Source: an uncultured Nitrososphaerota archaeon (lineage in GTDB: Archaea; Thermoproteota; Methanomethylicia; Culexarchaeales; Culexmicrobiaceae). Taken from it: DNA of 64,000 nucleotides. How positions within the stretch are numbered: the first letter of the stretch is position 1; each line of letters opens with the position of its first letter. The stretch is taken from assembly GCA_964462875.1 (NCBI GenBank), contig CAYWZQ010000003.1, forward strand, positions 64,189 through 128,188, given 5' to 3'. Both the position numbers and the translations under genes were made by a program. Below the pieces are notes generated by a model. The model had not been told where the DNA came from. It made no database searches and was given only the letters and a program-made list of their open reading frames with translations. Below are positions 9,934-19,267 of this stretch, one piece after another.

Positions 9934-11013
9934 CTACAATTTCCTCCTCAAAACAATAAAGTATAATCCAGCAATTAAAGCAACAACAAAAATCAGCAAG
10001 ATAAAACCTAAAATATTCGCAGATAAACTTGGAAACCTAAATCCCCTCTCAACAACCCTAAACTTAACCCTAATACCATCAATAACCTTACCGGGAATGT
10101 AGTATGGTGGATTTTCCATATTTCTCTCATAGAACCTATTAGTAATAATGTATGATGTCAATACTCCCTCACTCTTGCCTCTGCCAATATTCCATGGCAA
10201 ACCTGAAAAATAAATATCCAGGAACTCGTAGTCAATGAAACCTCCTAGCTGAAACTCTATCCTTATTACTGAGCATGGTGAATTGCTATTAGCTTTAAAT
10301 GGCCTAGTTAGATTTAATAGGTCAAATAGATCGAGAACATAAGTATTGCCGGGCTTGAACTTAAATACGCCCCTAAACGTCCTGAAAATATTGTATTCAA
10401 ATGTTAATGCACCAGATTTTCTATCACGCTTAATAGTCATCGAGAAGTATGCTCCTCCAAGAATAAACTTTCTTGTTATAGCCGTTGCAAATCCCTCACT
10501 AGGCCTACACTTCATAAATAGGTCAATAGCCTCATCATAACTAACATCCTTCAAAGTAAATAAGGAAATTACAAAACTATATCTATATCCACTTCTAGGC
10601 ATAACTCCTGAATAGGATCTCTTATCCTCAAGTACTGCTTCTGAATTAAAATACCACCTAGCTATTTTATCAGCATAACTTTTAGCGCGATGCTCAGCCT
10701 CTTCACCTGAAATTCTCAAAGTATCATGACTAATAACTAAACTAACTGGCTTATTAACATTAAAACAGAGAGTTATGTACTTGAGCTCCAAATCATTAAT
10801 TATACCTAACTCATAAATGTCTACAAAGGGCTTCTCAAGCTTTCCCATAAATTGTATTGAAACATCACCTTCAGCACTAACAACAATGTTGATCCACTCA
10901 AATGGAAAACCAATATATATCTCATCATAATTCATAAAGCCAAAACTTACTGGTACTGTAAATATTATCATTAAAAGCAATCCATTTAGGATAAATAAAT
11001 GATTTTTCATCAA
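9934..11013 (-). CDS. membrane-anchored extracellular protein, paralog A (unknown family)
   Basis: 359 aa with an N-terminal signal/anchor 'LFILNGLLLMIIFTVPVSF' and a C-terminal TM 'ILGFILLIFVVALIAGLYFIVLRRKL'. It shares clear collinear blocks with 14759..15838 (e.g. FKFKPGNTYVLDLFDLLNLT / FNFKPGRSYVLDIFKLLNHT; IRVKFRVVERGFRFPS / MVIKFKVIERGIKFSP). Confidence 0.45.
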   Translation of the reverse strand: MMKNHLFILNGLLLMIIFTVPVSFGFMNYDEIYIGFPFEWINIVVSAEGDVSIQFMGKLEKPFVDIYELGIINDLELKYITLCFNVNKPVSLVISHDTLRISGEEAEHRAKSYADKIARWYFNSEAVLEDKRSYSGVMPRSGYRYSFVISLFTLKDVSYDEAIDLFMKCRPSEGFATAITRKFILGGAYFSMTIKRDRKSGALTFEYNIFRTFRGVFKFKPGNTYVLDLFDLLNLTRPFKANSNSPCSVIRIEFQLGGFIDYEFLDIYFSGLPWNIGRGKSEGVLTSYIITNRFYERNMENPPYYIPGKVIDGIRVKFRVVERGFRFPSLSANILGFILLIFVVALIAGLYFIVLRRKL

Positions 11014-11059
11014 TACCTATAGATAGAAAAACTTATATATATATATTTCGAAAATTTAT

Positions 11060-11500
11060 TTGATGTCGAAAATAGATAAAAGTTTCATAATATTTGTAAT
11101 TTTAGGGATAAACTCTGTTATATCGCTGGTTCTTGCCAAGAGTACAATTGAACCAGCTAATACCATAGATATTCATGGATTTTTAACGTATATAGGTGAC
11201 TACGAAGATCATTATCTCGGAGGTCCAGCATGCCTAGTAATAGTGAATTTTGATCTAATATATCCTGAACCACGAGAAGGTGTTTATCTTTTAGTTCAGG
11301 GCCTGACCTTTGATAGGCAAGTAGTTGTTGATCAAGACTTAATTTCACCTAGCTCGTGGGTTTATCAAGTAATACTAGAATCTAGCGACCATCCTGACAA
11401 CCTTGCAATGTGGTATGTAAGAATAGAATACTATTGGTGGTCTGGCGAGGAACCAGTACCTGAAGTAGAGTACTTTGGCTATATCGAGACAACTCCATGA
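11060..11500 (+). CDS. small secreted protein (signal peptide), unknown function
   Basis: 146 aa with an N-terminal hydrophobic segment 'FIIFVILGINSVISLVLA'. It is Trp/Tyr-rich and acidic. Confidence 0.4.
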   Translation: MMSKIDKSFIIFVILGINSVISLVLAKSTIEPANTIDIHGFLTYIGDYEDHYLGGPACLVIVNFDLIYPEPREGVYLLVQGLTFDRQVVVDQDLISPSSWVYQVILESSDHPDNLAMWYVRIEYYWWSGEEPVPEVEYFGYIETTP

Positions 11501-13938
11501 TTTCCTTTTCTTTATTTTTGCTATTTTATGTTGGAATAAAGCTTAAATTCAGTTTTCTAAATTTATATTTTGTGAAGACTTGTAAGCTACTTGTTTTAGC
11601 TTTTTTGTTGATGTTGGTTTGTTTTTATACATTTGGTTTTGGAATGGTTTTTGGTGTGGATGGTAGGGTTTTGGTTGTTGTTTCGAGTGATGATTGTTTT
11701 GATCTTGTTTTGTCTGGTTTTCTATGTGCTGTTGCTTCTTTTGCTACTAAGGGTGGTGGTGTTGGTTTATTTGTTCCGTGGAGTGAGGTTTATCTTATTG
11801 TGGTTCCATTTGGGGTTTTTGATGAAGCTTACGTGGGGAGGATTTTGGAGTTAAAGCCATTTATGGCCTTTATTGTTGGAAATTATTCAAGTGTTCCTAG
11901 AGGTTATGGGGATGCTTTGAGGGCTGTGGGTGTTGATGTGAGGCGTGTTGGTGGGGGTAATTGTCAGGAGAGGAGTATTCTGCTATATGAATTTTATGTT
12001 GAAGCTTTATGCATGAGAGCTCCATTTGGGGAATTCGAGTTTCCTCCTAGAGCTGTTCCAGTTATTGTTCCTGCTGGGAGGCCATGTATACCTTGGGGTT
12101 CATTTCCGATATTGTTTGTTAATATAACTGATGAGCTCTTATCCTTCATGAGGAATTATGGTGCCCTTGTCCATTGTAGTCTTAGGGATCAATTTAGTGG
12201 TTTCAATGTTGCCTTTACTGATGTTGATTTAATTGAGGTTTTTAGGGGTGTTCGTGGTTTCAGAATTTTCTCTTCAATTGAAGTTCTCAATGAATTGAGG
12301 AGGGCATATATTCCTGAAGTATTGCCCAAATTTGTTGTTCATGATTTCACTAATCTATCTAAGGTGCATTCAATTTCGAGGTTTAGATCTTGTGCTGGAC
12401 ATGAATTTCCAGATTCATTTGAGAGGGGTTCGAGTTTAAAGCACTACTATGAGCCATATGATGAGTATAAGGGTACTTTGAATAGGGTTGAGGTATTTTC
12501 ACCTGTTAACGGCACTATAATGGCGATTGTTCCTGAGGGTAAAGTGCTCCCTACAGGTGAGCCTCGTGGCATGCGTATTCACATATTGGTTGATGATTAT
12601 CCGGGCTTCATGATCGAGCTATTCCATGTAAATGTTTTTGAGAATGTAACTGTTGGAATGAAGGTTAGGGCTGGGGATATGCTTGGATATTTTGATATGA
12701 GGGATGCCAATGACTTTGATATTGCAGTTTCATACATTTCACCCGTAGGAATCAAGTATTACTCATATTTCGACGTGATGAGTGATGAAGTATTCATCGA
12801 GTATAGGAGGAGGGGTATAGTTTCTAGAGATCAAATGAAGTTTCCTTATGAGGAGAGGATTAAGTGTCCATGTAACTTCACGTATTTCCATCCCGAAGAT
12901 TGGGTTAACTTATCTCCAATAGAGCAGCCAGTGGCTCTAGTAACTTTGAATTCACTTGTACCTAGAATTTTGAGGCAGTATGAGGAAGTGGAGCTTAAAC
13001 TTGTGCTCACTAATTTAGGTGAAGTAACTGCTAGGAACGTTGAGGTTGAAGTGATTAGTGCTGAGGATATTGAAATTGATTCAGAGACCATCCATGTAGG
13101 AGCTTTAGATGGAGGGCGCTCCCTAAAGTTTAAATTGAAGATTAAGCCCTTAACTGCTGGATCCAAGCTCATTACATTCAAGCTATCCTATCTAGATGAG
13201 GAGGGTAGATGGCAAGTTGAAAACTACTATGCTTGGATTAAAGTTTTAGAAGTTCGCGGGGAACTTGAAGCTATACCACCTAAATTGAAGCTTAAGGTCG
13301 GCCGTGAACATAGGTTGACAATTACCATTAAGAATGCTGGGCAAATTGATGCACCCTTCACTTTAGTAGTTGAAGGAGTTAATGTTAAGGTATCTCAACC
13401 CTCCTTCACAGTTAATACTTCAGCTGGAGGTGAAGTTAATATAACACTCACAGTTGCACCATTAAGTGAAGGATCTGGGGAGTTAAAGCTCAAATTGCTA
13501 TTCCAAAATATTGTTCAAAGCACAGCGAAAATTCTTATTGAGGCCTGGAAAGTAAGGGGTGAGCTACATGTTCTCGAGGTGCCAGGCGAATTAATGGTTG
13601 GAGAAGAAGCTTCCATTAAAATTTCAATTGTAAATAGTGGTGGAATAAGTGCAACATATACCATGAAGGTGAGCAGCGATGATTTTGAAGTAAATCCCCA
13701 AAAACTTACCGTAACCATTCCAGCTCAGTCAAGTAAAGATGTCACATTAAAGGTGAAAGCATTAAGGGAAGGTAGGGGTACGGTGAAATTCGAGTTATAT
13801 GAAGACAATAATTTGCTGGATACAAAGGAAGTCAATATAGAAATTAAATCTAAGAAAATTGATTTCACAATACTACTAATACCAATAATTGCCATAGTGG
13901 CAGCAATTGCATTCATATTAGTTATCAAGAAAAGATGA
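11497..13938 (+). CDS. large cell-surface protein with C-terminal beta-sandwich repeats, TM anchor and a possible degenerate M23/LytM-like barrel (start uncertain, likely near 11613-11650)
   Basis: The C-terminal third has repeated domains ('NVEVEVISAEDIEID...KFKLKIKPLTAGSKLITF', 'KLKVGREHRLTITIKNAG', 'TVKFELYED') and ends in the TM 'ILLIPIIAIVAAIAFILVIKKR'. Mid-region 'NGTIMAIVPEG...MRIHILVDDYPGFMIELFHVNVFENVTVGMKVRAGDMLGYFD' aligns with the M23 peptidase core but lacks HxxxD/HxH zinc ligands. The 5' ~1.1 kb has an extreme G+T coding strand. Confidence 0.5.
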   Translation: MISFSLFLLFYVGIKLKFSFLNLYFVKTCKLLVLAFLLMLVCFYTFGFGMVFGVDGRVLVVVSSDDCFDLVLSGFLCAVASFATKGGGVGLFVPWSEVYLIVVPFGVFDEAYVGRILELKPFMAFIVGNYSSVPRGYGDALRAVGVDVRRVGGGNCQERSILLYEFYVEALCMRAPFGEFEFPPRAVPVIVPAGRPCIPWGSFPILFVNITDELLSFMRNYGALVHCSLRDQFSGFNVAFTDVDLIEVFRGVRGFRIFSSIEVLNELRRAYIPEVLPKFVVHDFTNLSKVHSISRFRSCAGHEFPDSFERGSSLKHYYEPYDEYKGTLNRVEVFSPVNGTIMAIVPEGKVLPTGEPRGMRIHILVDDYPGFMIELFHVNVFENVTVGMKVRAGDMLGYFDMRDANDFDIAVSYISPVGIKYYSYFDVMSDEVFIEYRRRGIVSRDQMKFPYEERIKCPCNFTYFHPEDWVNLSPIEQPVALVTLNSLVPRILRQYEEVELKLVLTNLGEVTARNVEVEVISAEDIEIDSETIHVGALDGGRSLKFKLKIKPLTAGSKLITFKLSYLDEEGRWQVENYYAWIKVLEVRGELEAIPPKLKLKVGREHRLTITIKNAGQIDAPFTLVVEGVNVKVSQPSFTVNTSAGGEVNITLTVAPLSEGSGELKLKLLFQNIVQSTAKILIEAWKVRGELHVLEVPGELMVGEEASIKISIVNSGGISATYTMKVSSDDFEVNPQKLTVTIPAQSSKDVTLKVKALREGRGTVKFELYEDNNLLDTKEVNIEIKSKKIDFTILLIPIIAIVAAIAFILVIKKR

Positions 13939-14302
13939 GTCAAACAATAATTATGGCTAATTCTCAATATAACCTACTTTAGGAATGTTTAAATTATCTC
14001 TATCTATTCTCGTAAACTCCACAATGTTGCTCTCCATTAAGAAGCACTATACTTTATTATTTAAGCAGCTCTTTAAAATAATTAAAAGCCAACTTTAAAT
14101 ACATTTCAATCACAGAGTTTCATTCCAAGTTGTTGCCCTCCTCTAAGATACTAATAATTAAGTGTCCGAAAATAAAGAGAAAAACTCTGGGTAACTTAAA
14201 TCCACGCTAAGCGGCTTTTACACCCGTGATTGATATTTTTCGCTCTTTTCCCACTGATGGTGCATAGGAGTCGTGGTAATAGTTAAAATGTTGCTTAGTA
14301 TT

Positions 14303-14704
14303 TTAGTAGTAAACCCACCCAAGGTAGTATACATCGCCAAGATTGTTTTTCTGGTAATAGTCGTGATACCATAATCTGAAATATGCAACAATAATATCTC
14401 CAAAGTAATATTCTCTTTCTATCCATCCGCCTGTGAGTAAATCACGCTTACCTACATATTCCTTATAATAGTCGTAGAAGTATACGTATAGTTCCGCGGG
14501 GGGATGCCATTCCATTGATATTGTTAAATAACTTGTGTATCCGGTGTCCCAGTATTCACTCCACTCACCAAATGATAGCCATCCGGAGAACTCATAGGCA
14601 ACTAGAGGCTTGACGCTATTCCCTTCGCTATTAGATGAAAGGACTTCAACACAATTAGTAGCTAATAATGCCAGTAATGCATATATTAATAATGCTTTCT
14701 TCAT
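14303..14704 (-). CDS. small secreted Tyr/Trp-rich protein
   Basis: 133 aa with a signal peptide 'MKKALLIYALLALLATNC'. The mature part is very rich in Y/W ('YFYDYYKEYVG...YFRLWYHDYYQKNNLGDVYYLGWVYY'). Confidence 0.45.
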   Translation of the reverse strand: MKKALLIYALLALLATNCVEVLSSNSEGNSVKPLVAYEFSGWLSFGEWSEYWDTGYTSYLTISMEWHPPAELYVYFYDYYKEYVGKRDLLTGGWIEREYYFGDIIVAYFRLWYHDYYQKNNLGDVYYLGWVYY

Positions 14705-14758
14705 AATTTATCCCCGAAATACATATATATCAAGAAAATATAAATTTTTCTGATAAAT

Positions 14759-15838
14759 ATGATAAGACGACATAAATCCTTAAGAATGATCTATCTAACC
14801 TGTTTAACAGCAACATACATGCTATGCTTTTTAGCTAGTCATTTTTTATGCTCTATATCCATGGTAAAATGCAAATCAATATTTAATACCTATTTATATT
14901 CATATGAAATATGGGTAGGTGAACAATTATGGCTTACGGTTTATCCTAATGGGAGTATTAGCGTTGGTATTTCTACATATACTGATGAACCTTTTGTTGA
15001 CTTGTATGATCTTAAAGATGGCTTTCTTGGTTTAACTATTAGGTGTATAGTTGGTAGTTCAGTGAGGATGCGTGTGGCATATGATTTAACTAGGATTAGT
15101 TTAGAGGAGGCGAGGTTGAAGGCAAATGAAATAGTAGCTAGGTGTAGTAAAGTGCTGGGTGTTTTCTTTGAACTCGTTGATGAGGAGAGAAAATCATTTA
15201 TAAGCCATATAAGTGGTAAGAAATATGATTGGATTAACTTCTACTATAGAGCTTCTAAAATCAATTTTGATAAGTTCATTGATGCTTTCTTAAGCATTAA
15301 ACCTAATGAGGGATTTGGCGTCTTAATTAAAAGAGCTAATATAGGTTTGAAAACTGAGCTCATAATTAGGGTTCATCATTTTAGGCAGACGGGTGAAATT
15401 AAAACTGAAGTTGTTCTCTATAAGGTTATTTCTTCATACTTCAATTTTAAGCCTGGCAGAAGCTATGTTTTAGATATTTTTAAGTTGCTTAATCATACTG
15501 GAGGAATTATTTCTCATAGCTCATTAGACACTTTATTTTGGATTTACTTTAATTATGGCTACTATATGGATTATGAGTTTATTGATATTAAAATTCCAAT
15601 ATATTATAATGTCTACACTAGTACTAAAGCTAAAGAGTATACCATAACTAATGAGCCCCACTATCCACCTAGAGGTACTCCTATTGATGAGATGGTTATT
15701 AAGTTTAAGGTTATTGAAAGAGGTATTAAGTTTTCGCCAACCCTTATCAATATGGTTATTGGCATTATAATTGTAGTTACAATTTTCTGCATCGCCATAT
15801 ATATGGTGAAGTACTTTAAATTGAGGAGAGTTGCTTAA
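14759..15838 (+). CDS. membrane-anchored extracellular protein, paralog B of 9934..11013
   Basis: 359 aa. Same architecture and conserved blocks as paralog A, with C-terminal TM 'MVIGIIIVVTIFCIAIYMVKYF'. Confidence 0.45.
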   Translation: MIRRHKSLRMIYLTCLTATYMLCFLASHFLCSISMVKCKSIFNTYLYSYEIWVGEQLWLTVYPNGSISVGISTYTDEPFVDLYDLKDGFLGLTIRCIVGSSVRMRVAYDLTRISLEEARLKANEIVARCSKVLGVFFELVDEERKSFISHISGKKYDWINFYYRASKINFDKFIDAFLSIKPNEGFGVLIKRANIGLKTELIIRVHHFRQTGEIKTEVVLYKVISSYFNFKPGRSYVLDIFKLLNHTGGIISHSSLDTLFWIYFNYGYYMDYEFIDIKIPIYYNVYTSTKAKEYTITNEPHYPPRGTPIDEMVIKFKVIERGIKFSPTLINMVIGIIIVVTIFCIAIYMVKYFKLRRVA

Positions 15839-16554
15839 AACTTTATTAGTGGAAATATTTCTTCTTCTATGAATTTGAAGAATGTGTATTCATCTATTTT
15901 ACTGAATACTGTTACTACGCAGTTTCTTGTTATGCCGACGATTATTCCATGCTTTTTTGATGTTGCTACTATATACCATATGTCTCCATGGGATAAGTAT
16001 TCGGCGTAGAGTGCTGTGTTTTTGAGGTCTGGGCCATATAGGCTTAGCTTATTTATGTTTGGTATGTCTACATTGTCGAAGAATATTACTTTTGTTTCCT
16101 CGGGATTTGCTTCGTGGAACTGTCTTAATGCTTCGGGCGGTATTCTTGCTTCAACTATTCCCCCTACGCCTAGAAAGAGTATTTTGCTCATTTCATTGGC
16201 TATCATGTTTGCCAAGTTCTTTTTACCTATAATTGTGAGTAGAATTTCATTGTTTACTTTTGTGAAGGTGAATGGGGCCTCAATAGTCTTTATTACTGGT
16301 ACTCTTTCTCTTCTCCTAGTAATTTTGATTAACGTGTCTTTACAGTATACTCCTCTAACTCTATTACCTACTAGGTCTAGGTCGGTAATTTCTGTTATGA
16401 GATTAAATTTGTTTGGTGGTTCTTCTACTTCTTCTTCAACTCTATAGTCTAGTAGCTTTGTTGCTATGGTTCTTAGTGGTATGAATTCTCTTAATCTAAA
16501 AATTTTACCTGCAATAACCACTGCTATACACCGAGTTAAATGTAATACTAACAC
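15835..16554 (-). CDS. hypothetical protein (divergent from the SMC-like operon)
   Basis: 239 aa and soluble, with no recognised motif. It shares a 47-bp intergenic promoter region with the SMC-like gene on the other strand. Confidence 0.35.
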   Translation of the reverse strand: MLVLHLTRCIAVVIAGKIFRLREFIPLRTIATKLLDYRVEEEVEEPPNKFNLITEITDLDLVGNRVRGVYCKDTLIKITRRRERVPVIKTIEAPFTFTKVNNEILLTIIGKKNLANMIANEMSKILFLGVGGIVEARIPPEALRQFHEANPEETKVIFFDNVDIPNINKLSLYGPDLKNTALYAEYLSHGDIWYIVATSKKHGIIVGITRNCVVTVFSKIDEYTFFKFIEEEIFPLIKF

Positions 16555-16601
16555 TTAACTTATCGTTTACAGTTAATATTGTTTTTGAGGAGATTCTCAT
16601 A

Positions 16602-18473
16602 ATGATCCGTGAAGTAATACTAGAGAACTTCATGTCTTATGAGTATGGTAGAATACCTCTAAAGCCGGGATTAAACTTAATTTGTGGTCCTAATGGTGCT
16701 GGTAAATCTTCAATTCTACTTGGAATATCAGTTGCTCTTGGCCAGTCATATACTGAGCGTGGTAGGAGGTTGAGTGACCTAATTAGGTGGGGGGAGAAAA
16801 TTTCTAGAGTAACTATTGTACTTGATAATTCTCCTAGAGGTAGGAGGAGGCCATACCCTAAAATACGCTCTGATACTATTAGAATTTCAAGGTATCTTCG
16901 TAAGGATGGCTCATACTGGTTTGAAGTTAATGGCAAAACTAAGACGAAAAGTGAAGTTCAGGAAATACTGAGAGCTTTCAATATTAATCCAAATAACATG
17001 CTAATTATAATGCATCAAAATATGGTTGAAGAATTTGCAGTTGTACCTCCTAAGGAGAAGTTGAAGTTTTTTGAAGATGCAATTGGATTGACACATTATA
17101 GAGATAGAATTAAGAAGGTAAAGGAGAAGTTGAATAAAATTGTTAAAGAGGAAGCTGATGTTCAGAAGTTACTTGAAAAAGCGAAGTCTATGCTTGACTA
17201 CTGGCGAGGTGAATATGAAAAGTTTAAGTTGAAGGTGAAACTTGAAGATGAGCTTGAAAAATTGAAGTGTGAACTTGCATGGTCGAAAGTTGTGAAGAAG
17301 GAGGATGCAATTAGGAGCATTAAAGTCAAAATTGATAGATTAAATAGTAAGATCGAATCTTTGAGGAGGAAGATTGATGAGGAAAGTGCTAGGTTAGAGA
17401 AGTTGAGAAGTAAGTTGAGAAGTCTCAGTAGTGAGCGTGAAAAGTTAATTTTAAAGTTAATTGAAGCTGCGAAAAATGTTGGTAGAATGGAAGTTTTAAG
17501 TGAGCTTGTAGGTAGGCTTGGTCAAGAATATGTTTCAAAGTTATTTGGAGAACTAGTAGTTGAAGACAGTTATTTGAGCAGTATACTTGACTCTTTAGCT
17601 GAAGTTCAAAGTAAGCTGTCATCTACGAACTATTCAATAGATCAAACTTATGGTAAAATTATTGATTGTAGAGTTAAACTTGAATTATTGAAATTTAAGC
17701 TGGACTTGGCTAGGAGTGAGTTGAGGGAGTTGAAGAAGAACTTGAATAGGTATATGGCTGAACTTAGTGAGTTGAAGAGTGAAGCTGAGAAGTTGGGTTC
17801 AAAACCTGAGGTTATTAGGGATCCATCAGAGCTAGTTGATAGAATTAGAATTGTTGAGTTGAGACTGGAGCATATTGGTGATGTATCTAAGGATGTTGAG
17901 CAAATGTACTCAACCTACAACAAGACTTTCAGCGAGCTTTCAGAGAGAATTAAGGTTCTTGAGAGCAATAGGGCTATGTTACTTCGTGAACTTGATGAGA
18001 GAATTAGAGCTTGGAGGAGAGTTCTCAGTAGTGTTTTAGATAGAGTTAATAGTTTTTATAGTGAGATTTTGAGCAAGATTGGTGCTATCGGTTATGTTAG
18101 GTTAGTTAATGCTGATGATGTTGATGAAGCTGGATTAGAAATTTTAGTTGGATTTAGAGGTAACACACCAGTTGTTCTTGATGGATACTCTCAGAGTGGT
18201 GGTGAGCGTACAATTGCTATAATGGCATTTCTGCTAGCAGTTCAGAAGTTTATTAAGTCTCCATTTAGAGCTGTCGATGAGTTTGATATTCACATGGACC
18301 CTAGAAATAGGGAGTTAATTGGAAAACTACTAATTTCATCATTTAGCGGTAGTGAGAATGTTCAGTTCATAGCCATTACTCCAAGTCCAATAATACCTGA
18401 AGTTGAGAGTAGTGTAAACGTAATTTTCGTTCAAAATGTCGGTGGTAAATCTATGGTTAGGAGTGTAGCTTAA
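16602..18473 (+). CDS. short SMC-like ABC ATPase (RecF/RecN/SMC head with about 300-aa coiled coil, no canonical hinge)
   Basis: 623 aa. Walker A 'LICGPNGAGKSSILLGISVALG' at residues 27-48 and a Q-loop '...IMHQNMVEEF'. A long heptad-rich middle follows ('LKVKLEDELEKLKCELAWSK...LRSKLRSLSSEREKLILKLIEAAKN'). The C-terminal signature 'LDGYSQSGGERTIAIMAFLLAV' is followed by Walker B/D-loop 'AVDEFDIHMD'. Confidence 0.75.
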   Translation: MIREVILENFMSYEYGRIPLKPGLNLICGPNGAGKSSILLGISVALGQSYTERGRRLSDLIRWGEKISRVTIVLDNSPRGRRRPYPKIRSDTIRISRYLRKDGSYWFEVNGKTKTKSEVQEILRAFNINPNNMLIIMHQNMVEEFAVVPPKEKLKFFEDAIGLTHYRDRIKKVKEKLNKIVKEEADVQKLLEKAKSMLDYWRGEYEKFKLKVKLEDELEKLKCELAWSKVVKKEDAIRSIKVKIDRLNSKIESLRRKIDEESARLEKLRSKLRSLSSEREKLILKLIEAAKNVGRMEVLSELVGRLGQEYVSKLFGELVVEDSYLSSILDSLAEVQSKLSSTNYSIDQTYGKIIDCRVKLELLKFKLDLARSELRELKKNLNRYMAELSELKSEAEKLGSKPEVIRDPSELVDRIRIVELRLEHIGDVSKDVEQMYSTYNKTFSELSERIKVLESNRAMLLRELDERIRAWRRVLSSVLDRVNSFYSEILSKIGAIGYVRLVNADDVDEAGLEILVGFRGNTPVVLDGYSQSGGERTIAIMAFLLAVQKFIKSPFRAVDEFDIHMDPRNRELIGKLLISSFSGSENVQFIAITPSPIIPEVESSVNVIFVQNVGGKSMVRSVA

Positions 18474-19267
18474 TGGCTACTGGTAGAAGGGTTAGGAAGA
18501 AGAGTATTGTTAAGCGGATAATTGAGTCTTGCAGATATGTTGTTAAGCGTGGTTCTGACCCATTTCAAATAGACGTTAAGGAGTATATTAAGCTGTTAAG
18601 AGATTTTATTGCTAGTTCTAGTTCAGTTGAAGAATTAGTTTTAGATTTGAATGCTATTGAGGAAATTAGTAGGGTAGTTGAATTACAGGGTGAATGGGTT
18701 AAGAGTAGGTCAACAAAGCTATACCTTGACCCACTCCTAGTGGAGTGGAAAATTAGGAATTTGAGTTTAAAGCAGTTAGCTTCAATAATAGCTTCGGCAT
18801 GGTACCCCATAGCTTCCATAAAAGTATTTACTCCTAGAGCAATTGAAGAAGCAGTAAATTACTGGTTAAATCTCCCTCCATTAAGAGGTAGATGGGATAG
18901 GTTACCTAAGCCAGTTCAAGAAGTAACTTCTTCATCTATAGAAGAGCTAATTGAAGAAAAACTTGCTCTAAAAGGTAACTTCACCGAGATAGTCGATCAG
19001 TTCTATGAGAAATTAATTGAGTACTCAAAGGGGAAGCCAGTACTATATATGGACTTCGTAATTGACAAGGACTATCAAGTTACACTACTAAAAGCATACT
19101 TAGTGAGTTTTCTAGCAACGTATGGATACATAGATTTAGAGTATGATCCCAAAAGTAAAGACTACATCATAGTTCCAGTGAAGAAGGAGAGTAAAGAAGC
19201 TGTTAGTAAGTCAATTGTAGTCTCAATATCAACTGATGAGTGGCTTAGGAGGGTGAAGAGTGGATGA
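18473..19267 (+). CDS. ScpA-like kleisin candidate
   Basis: 264 aa; its start overlaps the SMC stop (TAATG). The N-terminus 'GSDPFQIDVKEYIKLLRDFI' resembles the ScpA N-terminal helix (..lDi.di.i..i..qYl.yi). The C-terminus 'QVTLLKAYLVSFLATYGYIDLEYDPKSKDYIIVPV' resembles the ScpA C-terminal winged helix (tFLAlLELvk.g.v.l.q....I.i). Confidence 0.45.
   Translation: MATGRRVRKKSIVKRIIESCRYVVKRGSDPFQIDVKEYIKLLRDFIASSSSVEELVLDLNAIEEISRVVELQGEWVKSRSTKLYLDPLLVEWKIRNLSLKQLASIIASAWYPIASIKVFTPRAIEEAVNYWLNLPPLRGRWDRLPKPVQEVTSSSIEELIEEKLALKGNFTEIVDQFYEKLIEYSKGKPVLYMDFVIDKDYQVTLLKAYLVSFLATYGYIDLEYDPKSKDYIIVPVKKESKEAVSKSIVVSISTDEWLRRVKSG

Noticed and set aside
11497-11640. N-terminal 'MISFSLFLLFYVGIKLKF...' as signal peptide of the 813-aa protein
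   Set aside because: This stretch is a translation of a T-rich, promoter-like region. The real start is more likely one of the downstream Met codons (about 11613-11650), so I did not claim a signal peptide here.
14218-14403. 61-aa minus-strand ORF
   Set aside because: It overlaps the 3' end of the 133-aa secreted-protein gene in another frame and is rich in Thr/Ile, which is not protein-like.
16602-18473. Rad50 ortholog
   Set aside because: It has no CxxC zinc hook in the coiled-coil apex and no adjacent Mre11/HerA/NurA genes. The neighbouring genes look like kleisin and kite instead.
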